From assembly GCF_009914755.1 (NCBI RefSeq), contig NC_060927.1: 64,000 nt of DNA. One strand, given 5' to 3'. The translations under genes were made by a program, and so were the position numbers. Source of the stretch: the human T2T-CHM13v2.0 reference genome, Homo sapiens. Of this stretch, positions 54,369 to 64,000 are shown piece after piece (within the stretch, counting starts at the first letter, position 1; each line of letters opens with the position of its first letter). The notes under the pieces were generated by a model that saw only the letters and a list, made by a program, of their open reading frames with translations, made no database searches and had not been told where the DNA came from.

Positions 54369-55934
54369 AACTGCTCATAGAAAGATGTGCCTCAAAACTT
54401 TAATTAGACCTTACAGTCACAGAGGTCTGCTTCCATCTCAGTGGAGCAAATAGACTTTAATAATTGGACTTTAAATGAAATTGAAACTCACTCACCATAT
54501 GTTTAATGCATCTCATCTAATGAGTAAGTTCTTGTGAGATTTGTTCCCGTTACTCTTCCCCTCTTTGAGCACTGTGAAATCATAAAAAATTCTTTGTATG
54601 GCAATAAACTGTGTGATTTATGAAATCATACTTTGAACACCTCTTTACTTTAACCATGCAAAACACCCTCCCAAACAGAAGGAACTGCTCCCTCACTTTT
54701 GTCCTCTTTGCACTTGTACTTACATTATCCTCACATTTTAGAATGGTTTTCTTTTGCATGTGTGTCACTTTCCTGCCTGTGAGCTTCTAAAGAAGGAGAA
54801 CATATGCATGCCCCTTTTGTAATCAGTGTCCAGCATGTCATCTGGTAGTACACTGTACAGGCTCCATAAGTGCAGGCTGACTTGAATTCCGTTGAATTTA
54901 TTCTTTTGACAGAAAGCAAAGAGTGAAAGAAATGTAACTTCATACCAGCAAAAATGTTTAGCATAACACTGGTTATGGAGAAGTTATGTTGTTCTTATGT
55001 CTTTGTTTGCAAATGGTATAATAATTTGCAAATAAATTTACAAATTTGTTAAAACACAAATCATGTAATCCTTATAGCAAGGTAGAAAAATGTATATGCT
55101 GATACTTGAAATTTCTTTGCATTCTGGGCTTTGCTAAGAGAATAAGAGCCCATGTCAAGAGTGCTAAATTGAAACTGCCAAAGTACCTAGTTGCTGCGGG
55201 AACTTGGTAAGAGTCATGCAAATGGATACAGGACATTGACCAAACTTAAAGAATGAACAAAATAGAATCAACTCAAACTTGCTGCCCAAAATGCTGTCAA
55301 GGTCTTTGCTTTGCTTCCCTGGGGAATTTTTTTGGCTCTGCAAGATACCTTGGGACCAAGTAAGAGATAATTTATTTCAAAACGAGATGTCCTATTTTTG
55401 GAGGACTGCCCTAAATTTTTTCTTTTGTCTATAATAATCTATTGTCCTGGATACCAAAAATAGTACCAGGCAGGGATCATTTAAAGCTCTTTGGTAAAAG
55501 GCAGTAATGCAGCCTGCTAAACTTATTAGAACAAAAGAGGTAAGCTTCAATCAAAGAGAACTTTGGAACTGTCTACAGTAGTGAAAACATGGACTAGTAC
55601 CTCCAAAATTTTTGTTTTCATTTTTATTTTCTCAGAGTTAGAGAAGGCCCCAAGGAGTAGACAGGGTAGAAATTTGACTGGATAACAACTAATTGGTGAG
55701 CTTCTTTGGGGGAACCTACCTCAAAAACAAAACAAAACAAAAACAAACTCATAAGCAACCATTTTAGAACAGCAAGGTTTATTTAAGTTGGATTATGCTG
55801 GGGAACTGGGAAAGGAACTTCTTTTTGCTTGAATATTGCTGAGCAGGGGCCTCAATCCTTCTGGACAACACAACTTCTTTACTGCATCTTCAGAAGCTAT
55901 GACACTCTTCAATCATCTTAAGGGGGTTTTAAGC

Positions 55935-56418
55935 CACAAACTTGGTGGCTTAAAACAAAACAAATATATTCTCTTAGAATTCTGGAGGTCAGAAGTCTGG
56001 AATCAGATTTACTGGGCTAAGGTAAAGATATGGTGAGGTAGGTTCCTTCTAGAGGGTATAAAGGGAGAACATCCATTGCCTTACCTTTTCCAGCTTCTAG
56101 TGGCCACTAGCATTCCTTGGTCTGTGGCTCCTTCTTCCATCATCAAAGCGCATAAATCTCATGTCTGCTTTCATCATCATCCCATCATTTTCTTCTCTTC
56201 TGTAGTAAAATCTCCCTCTGCCTCCCTTTATAAGGACATTTGTGATTACACTTAAGGCTCACTTGGATAACCCAGGATAATTTCCTCATCTCAAGGTGCT
56301 TAATCAGATGTGCAAAGTCATTTTTGCCCAGAAGGTAGCATTTACAGGTTCTGGAAATTAGGATGCAGATATCTTCAAGGGAGTAGGGCTGGTGGTTTGC
56401 ATTATTCAGCCTATCGCA
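55935..56418 (-). mobile_element. MLT1D-like LTR
   Basis: 'cacaaacttggtggcttaaaaca...ttctggaggtcagaagtc...ttataaggacatttgtgattaca...attattcagccta'. Confidence 0.85.
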
Positions 56419-57279
56419 AATGGCTAGTGAGTAGAAGAGGAGTTAACCTTGTTTCGTGTAGAACTGAACATAACTACCCATGGCAGAGGGATTTTGGAAG
56501 TTGAAAGGAAGTGTTTTGGATTATCAACGCTTTCCAAAAGTAGAGAGGATTTTCTTGGGTCTGTGAGAAGATGTTAAACTGGAATTATAACTATGACCCC
56601 ACAATACAACACTTGGGACATCTCAAAGTGAATTTCTAGGCAGAAACAAATTTTTGAAGGAAAATTACCCCACAAGGAGACTATAAGAAATCAAAAGATT
56701 AAAGAAGGCGGAAGATTTATGAGAGATTTCCTTAAAGGGAACTTCTATCCTCTCTCTGCTTCAAAGGGAATATGGTAAAGCTGTTTCTCCTTCACTTCCA
56801 GCCTAGAGGGAGTGGGCTTCCAAAAGACCACTCTGAAAGTACAGAGGAGCCTTGAACTGGTGTGTGACACACACGCAAGAGGCTGTGGCTCTCAGCCTTA
56901 GTGGAAGTGTGGAAAGAAATAGCCTGAGTCAGATGAAAATGCTCTTTCTCTAATGGTGGGTCCAAAGGTGCACAAAGCCCAGAAAACATACGTGGAATCT
57001 GCAGTAAGGTTCTGCTGAAGAGAGCTGCTGCTGGAAAGTGAGTGGAGTCTAGTAGAAGGTCTGAATAGAAAGGACTACTGGAAAATCAGAAACTGAGGTG
57101 AGAGCTAGAGCAACCAGCCAAAGTGTGGGGCTACTGACATCCTGGAAGTCATCGCAGATTGGCCTAGCAGGAGAACCTTGGAAGAACCCACCTGCTCTGT
57201 CTACTTGGGAACCACCAGTTTTAATCATTAGCCAGAACCATGGACTGTGGAGCCAGCTTAAGGCAGCACTGTGACACGT

Positions 57280-57450
57280 GAGTAGATCCAGATTTTTTGA
57301 GTTCTTAAGCTTGTAGAATTTGACAGGTTCTCTTTAATAAAAAGAATAAAGCATCACAGATAGAAAATTAGTGAGGAGGTCTTGGAAGGGGTTTTTGCAA
57401 GTGAAGCTGCAAAAGTTTGATTTAAATAGCTGTATGTTAAGTCCATAAAC
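57280..57450. mobile_element. Short hAT-Tip100 MITE (MER96-like)
   Basis: 'gatccagatttt...aagctt...ctctttaataaaaagaata...aaaatta..cttggaagggg..tgcaagtga'. Confidence 0.5.
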
Positions 57451-59366
57451 TAAGACCTTTTGGTTCCATTCCCCTCTTCTCTTCCTGTATGCCAACAGAA
57501 GGGTCTGAGACTAAAGAAAGGAGCAGCTCACCCCAATAAAGGGCTTTCCTGGAGTGGGGTACATTGGGATGGCATTCTTGCCTTTGTATAAAGATTGAAA
57601 TGTTGATTAACATATTAAATTGTATATTTAATTACAGAACTGAAAATGTTCTTTAGTGACTTAAAAAAATACCGTAGCATTGTGTATTACTTAACGAGTG
57701 CCCCCAAAGCATAGGTTCTGCCAGAGTTTCTATTTAGTGGCCAGAGAAAGCCCATCAAATACATTTTAAAGTGGCAATGGGAAGTGAAAAATGAAGTATT
57801 TTGATTACATTTAATGAGCAGTATTGTTCAACATCCTGGATACAGGTGGTGGTAAGTTCTTCACCACTGGCATGTGCAAGCAGTTGGTGATAGCTTGTCG
57901 GGGTGTCATAGAAGAGATTTAAGCATCTGAATTGTAGTTCCACTAAGTGACTCTAAGATCACTCCTTGTTCTGATGGTTTCTGGCTCTATGCTACTTAAC
58001 TTGCTAAGAAAGGCTTTCTGAAGAAAAGTTTTGATAGTGAGAATGAGAAGCAAGCAGAAGGGCAAGGCATTCCTGCAGTGGGTAGAGAGATGGTATTAAA
58101 ACAGAGAGGAACAGATGCAGTAAATGCTCCAAACAAAGAGCATATACTCTTTTTGAGAAGAGGAAAATGTTGATCTCTTTTAACGAAAACCCTAATATAG
58201 AGTGAGAAAAATAGGCGAGATAGATTTAAAATTTTAAATATTACTGCCAACTTCCAGTTTTTGGTCTGACATGTAAGAATAATGAAAGTCACCACTCTAT
58301 CTTAACTAGTAAAAAGCTAAATAAGCAGCTTTCCCTATGACCTCAGCTCTGTTAGGAATCTAAGAGCTACTGATGTTTCAGTTGGTTTCGCTTTTTACTA
58401 GAGAAGGTAAAATAATAACTTTCATTTTTATTATTCTTAATTGATCCAATAGATAATATTTTGTTCAAAATAATAATAGTAACTACATATGCTTACATAT
58501 AAGTGAAATGAGTGACAGCTATAATACAAGAGACGGAAGAAAAGAATTAAGGTTATGTTGTTATTATAAGGTGCTCACGTTACTGGTGAAATGGCATAGT
58601 GTTATTTGAAAGCAGGCTTGAATTAGTTGTAAATGCATATGTCAAACTCAAGGGAAACCACTAAAAATGTATAAAAAATATAACTGATATGCTAAAAAAG
58701 AAGAGAAAATAAAATCGTAAAAAAATACTCAATTAACCATCAAAGGGAAAAAGAGAAAAGTAGAAGACAAAAATAGGAACAAAGAATAAGGGCAATAGAA
58801 TTGAATAATAATAAAGATAATAATGGCAAAAGAAAATGAAAACAACTTATCAAAATTTGTGAAATGCAGTAAAAACAGGGCATAGAGGAATATTTATAGT
58901 ATTAGATGTGTATTTTAGAAAAGAAGAAATATTTAAAATCTATTTTTTCACCTTAGGAGTCTAGAAAAAGAAAAGCAAATTAGGTCCATAATAAGTAGAA
59001 AAGAAGAAATAATAAAAACAAAACAGAAATCAATAAAATTGGAAAGAGAAAATCAATAGAGAAAGCAAATAAAACCTAAAGATGGTTCTTTGAAAAGATC
59101 AATAAAATCAATAAGTATCTAGCTGGAGTTAGAAAAAGAGAGGATAGAAATTACTAATATCATAAATGAAAGAGGGGACATCACTACAGATCTTGTGGAC
59201 ATTAAAATGATAGTAAAGGAACACTATGAACAACTCTGTGCCCACAAATTTGATAAGCTACATGAAATGAACGAATTTATTGTAAGACACAATATGCCAA
59301 AACTCATGCAAGAATAGACAATATGAATAGGCCTATATCTATTAAAGAAATTGAATCAATAATAAA

Positions 59367-59731
59367 TGTTATGGACTAAGTATTTATGTCCCCCAAAATG
59401 TATATGTTAAAATCCCAACCCCCAGTGTGTTGGTGTTAGGAGTTGGGGGCTTTGGGCAGTGATTATAATGGTCATGAGGATGGGGGCCTCAAGAATGGGA
59501 TTAGTACCCTTATGAAAAAGAACCCAAAGTGCTCTCTTGCCCCTTTCTGCCATATGAGGTCACAGCAATGATGCAGCAAAATGCAATGTGAAAGGGCCTT
59601 TACTAGAACCTGACCATGTTGCAATCCTGATCTGGGACTTCCAGCCTCCAGACTGGGAGAAATACATTACTGTCAATTATAAGATACCCAGTCTATGGTA
59701 ATTTGTCATTGTAACCTGAATTGACTAAGGA
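59367..59731 (+). mobile_element. MLT1A0-like LTR inside L1MC1
   Basis: 'tgttatggact..tgtcccccaaaa...aatgggattagtaccctta...gacttccagcctccaga...gactaag'. Confidence 0.85.
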
Positions 59732-61529
59732 AATTAATAACCTTCTAAAACAGAAAGTACCAGGCTCAGATGGGTTCTGTGGTAAAACATTTTGCAAAGA
59801 AATTATACCATTCTCTTTGGTCTCTTTCAGAAGACAGAAGCAGAGGGAATACTTCCTAAGTCATTCTGTGAGGCCAGCATAATATACAAAGACATTATAA
59901 GAAAAGAAAGCTATAGACCAATATCTCTCATAAACATTGATGCAAAAGTCCTCAACGAAATATTCGCAAATAAAATCCAACAATGTATAAAAATAATTAT
60001 ATACCATGACCAAGTGGGATTTATCCCAGGTGCGCAAGTCTGGTTCAACATTTGAAAACCAAATAATGTAATCCATCACACCACCAGGCTAAAAAGGAAA
60101 ACCCACATGATCGTATAAAAAAGCATTTGACAAAAATCCAACACCCATTTGTGATAAAAACTCACATTAAACTGGGACTAAATGGGAATTTACTCAACTT
60201 GATAAAGAACATCTGCAAAAAACCTACTTCTAACATTATACTTATTGGTGAGGTATCAGAAGCTTTCCCACTAACCTAAGAAATGAGCAGGATGTCTCTT
60301 CTTACTACTGTTTTTTAACACCACACTGAAAGTCCTAACTAATACAATAAAACAAGAAAAGAAAAGAAAAATTTACACAAATTGGAAAGGAAAAAATAAA
60401 AGTATTTTTGTTTGCAGATAATAAAATTTAAAAAGTTGACCAAACAACCTCCTGGAACTAATAAACAATTATAGCAAGGTGACAGGATATAACGCTAATA
60501 TAAAAAAGTAAATTTCTTTCCTGTGTACCAACAATGAGCAAATGAAAATTGAAATTAAAACCAGTATCATTTACATTAGCCTTCCAAAAATGAAATACTT
60601 AAGTATAAATATAACAAAATATACACAAAATCTATATGGGAAAAACTATAAAACTTTAATAAAAAATAAGAGAACGAAATAAATGGAGAGATATTCCATA
60701 TTTATGGATAGGATGACTCAGTATTGTCAAGACGTCATTTCTTCTCACTTTGATTTATAGATTCAAAACAATCGCAGTCAAAATTCCAGCAAGTTATTTT
60801 GTGAATACCAAAAACTACTTCTAAAGTGTATACAGAGAGGCAAAAGACCCAGAATAGCTAATGCAATATTGAAGGAGAACAGAGTTGGAGGACATTATAA
60901 TAGTAAGACAGTATAGTAAGTTTTGAAGTTGAACATTATCCATTATAGTAATGTCCATGTTCAAGACTTACTATAAAGTTATGGTAATTAAGACAGTGTT
61001 GTACTGGCAAAAGAGAGAGAGAGAGAGAGACAGACTGACTTAAATGGAACAGAAGAGAGCCCCAAAGTAGACTTACATAAATGTGGTCAACTGATTTTTG
61101 ATAAAGGAATAAAGGATGTACAATGGAGAAAAGATAGTTTTTTTCAACAAATGATGTTGGAACAGGTGAACATCCACAAACAAAAAATGAATTTAGGCAT
61201 AGACCTTGCACTCTTCACAAAATTTAACTCAGAATGGATCACAGACCTACACGTAAAATGCAAAAAGCATAAAAACTTAGAAAATAACATAGGAGAAATT
61301 TCTAAATGACCTTGGGCTTGGTGATGACTTTTTAGATACCATACCAAAGGCACCATTCATGAAAGAATTGATAAGCTGGACTTCATTAAAATGAAAATTT
61401 TCTGCTCTGCAAAAGACATTCTTAAGAGAATGAGAAGACAAATCACAGAGTGGGAGAAAATATTTGTGACAACATATCTAATAAAAAACCACCATTCTAA
61501 ATATAGAAGAACTTTTAAAACTCAACAAA

Positions 61530-62770
61530 TTTATTTATGGTTTGCAATATTCTTTCCCAATGCATAGGCTGCCTTTTAATTTTGTTGATTGTTTCCATGG
61601 CTTTACAGAAGCTTTTGAGTTTAACAAAGTCCTACTTTTTTTTTCTTTTGTTACCTAAGTTCTTGTTGTAATATCCAAATGACATTGCCAGCCAAGGCCA
61701 ATGTCAAAAAGCTTTTCCTTTGTGCTTTCTTCTATGAGTTTTATGGTTTCAGGTATTACATTTAGGTCTTCAATTTTGAGTTGAGTTTTGTGTAAGGTAA
61801 GGTTCTAATTTCCCTTTTTTTGTATGTGGATATTGAGTTTTCCAACATCACTTATTGAGGAGGCTATCCTCTCTCCATTGTGTCTTTTTGGTACCCTTGT
61901 CAAAAATTAGTTGACTGTATATGTTTGTGTTTATTTCTGGGACTTATATTCTGTTCCATTGGCCTTTGTGTGTACTTTTATGCTAGTACCATACTGTTTT
62001 GATTACTACAGCTTTGAAATATAATTTGAAATCAAGATGTGTAATTATCTCCAACTTTATTTTTCTTTCTCTAGTGCTTTTGCTATTCAGGACCTTTTGT
62101 GGTTCTATAGAATTTTTAGAATTGTTTTTTCTATTTCTGTGAAAAATGCTATTGGAATTTTGATAGAGATTGTATTGAATCTGCATATTGCTTTGGGTAG
62201 TGTGGACATTTAAGCCATATTTATTCTTCCAATCCATAAAAATGAGTTATCTTTCCTTTTATCTGTGTCTTCCTCAATTTCCTTCATTAATGTTTTATAG
62301 TTTTCAATGTACAGATCTTTCACTTCCTTGGTTAAATTTATTCCTAAGTATTTTATTCTTTTTGATTAATGTACTTCAAGTACTATGCTTAATAGAAGTG
62401 CTGAGAGTGGACCTCTTTGCCTTTTACTGGATCTCAGAGGAAAAGCTTCCGGTTTTCACCCATTGATTATAATAGCTATGGGCTTTCATAAATGACCTTT
62501 ATTATGTTATTGTGTCAAGGACATTTCCTTCTATACTTAAATTATTGAAAGTTTCCATCAACAATATATGTTGAGCATTTTTCTGCATCTATTGAGATGT
62601 TCATGTGGTTTTTATCTTTCACTCTGTTAACATGGCATATAGGATTGACTAATTTGCCTATATTTAAGCAACCTCGTACCCCAGGGATTAATCTAACTTG
62701 ACCATGATGCATAATATTTCTTATATATTATTGAATTCGGTTTGCTAGTATTTTATTTATATTATCAGGG
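61530..62770 (-). mobile_element. Internal L1MA-type ORF2 fragment inverted within L1MC1
   Basis: Antisense ORF2 (DFKLYFKAVVIKTVWY). No 3'UTR, tail or TSD. Confidence 0.82.
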
Positions 62771-63673
62771 AAGAGCAAATTAAAGCAACAATGAGTATCA
62801 GTAAACATGTATTAGAAGGAGAAAAATCCAGAACACTGACAATGCCAAATGCTGGTGAGGATGTGTTGTTCAAAGGACACTCTAATTCATTACTGGTGGG
62901 AATGCAAAATGATACAGCTATTTTAGGAGACTCTTCAGCAGTGTCTTACAAAGTTAAACATACTTTTACCATATGATTCAGCAGTTATGCTCCTTGTTAT
63001 TTACCCAAAGGAACTGAAACTTGTGTCCACACAAAAACTGGCACATGGATGTTTTTAGCATCTTTATTCATGATTGCCAAAACTTGAACGCAACCAAGAG
63101 GTCTTTCAGTAGTTGAATGGATAAGTATACCATGTCCATCCAGACAATGGAATATCATTCAATGCTAGAAAGAAATACATTATCAAGCCATGACTAGACA
63201 TGGAGGAACCTTAAATGCATATTAATAAGTGAAAGAAGCCAACATGAAAAAGTGACATGCTGTACAATTCCAACTACATGACATGAAAAGGAAAACTTAT
63301 GGAGATAGTAAAAAGATTAGTGATTTCCAGGGATTAGTGGGGTGGGAGGGATGAATAGGCAGAGCACCGGAGATTTTTAGGGTGGTGAAACAATTCTATT
63401 GAAAACAATCTACTATAATGATGGATCCATGTCATTATACATTTGTCCAAACCCATAGAATGTACAACATCGAGAGTGAACCCTAATGTAAACTGTGGAC
63501 TTTGGGTGATAATGATGTGCCAATTTAGGTTAGTCAGTTGTAGCAAATGTACCACTCTGGTGGAGAATGTTAATAATGGGGGGCTGCACACATCTGGGGA
63601 CAGAGAAAATCTCTGTACCTTCCATTCAATTTTGCTATGAATCTAAAACTGCTCTAGAGAATACCCTATTTAA

Positions 63674-63698
63674 ACACACACACACACACACGCACACA
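63674..63698. repeat. (CA)n at the L1MC1 tail
   Basis: Imperfect CA run. Confidence 0.85.
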
Positions 63699-64000
63699 AA
63701 ACTGCCCACACTAAAACACTTACATGCCTTTGTAAGGGCCACTGTTCAAAATATATGCTAATGTGAAAGAATAAGTTGACAGCCAAAACTCATTTTTTAA
63801 AGTTGGTTTATCTCCAAATGCATGAGTGTTTTATTATTGTTATTACAAATGCCCTTTAATGTAGGCCTTCTCATTCATTATCTTAGAGGGTTCCAAAGTG
63901 AAATGAAAAACAACAGTTTCTTGACAAGCTTACAGACTTTAAAGCTGTTAGAGTGGGTGGAAGAAATGAGAATTGCAAAGCTTTATAGACATTGATGGGA

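Larger units (their letters stand above)
58250..63674 (+). mobile_element. L1MC1-type element with deletions and nested inserts
   Basis: RT remnant ([35 protein letters not shown]). 3'UTR 'gtcattatacatttgtccaaacccatagaatgtacaaca..agagtgaaccctaatgtaaac' typical of L1MC1. Confidence 0.85.

Overview
Simian-primate (very likely human or great ape: AluY plus an L1PA2/3-type 3' end) AT-rich genomic DNA made almost entirely of nested transposon relics. I find no intact protein-coding gene. The ORF track reduces to L1, Alu, LTR and GAPDH-pseudogene fragments or chance ORFs. Main contents are a minus-strand old L1M split by a near full-length L1PA15/16 (itself carrying a FLAM and a near-perfect, tailless 3'-truncated 5S rRNA retrocopy), young L1PA 3' fragments, a full-length L1MA2/3 with nested THE1 and L1PA inserts, a processed GAPDH pseudogene, an L1MC1, and many Alu, MIR, L2, MaLR and hAT pieces. 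I do not see a new biological system. The best leads are mechanistic scars (internally primed 5S retrocopy, L1 with 5' fold-back plus short 3' transduction, templated-insertion knots, a TSD-less inverted L1 capture) and one candidate TALE/HOX/bHLH enhancer built on a 14-bp inverted repeat. Repeat subfamily names are from recalled consensus features, not from a database run.
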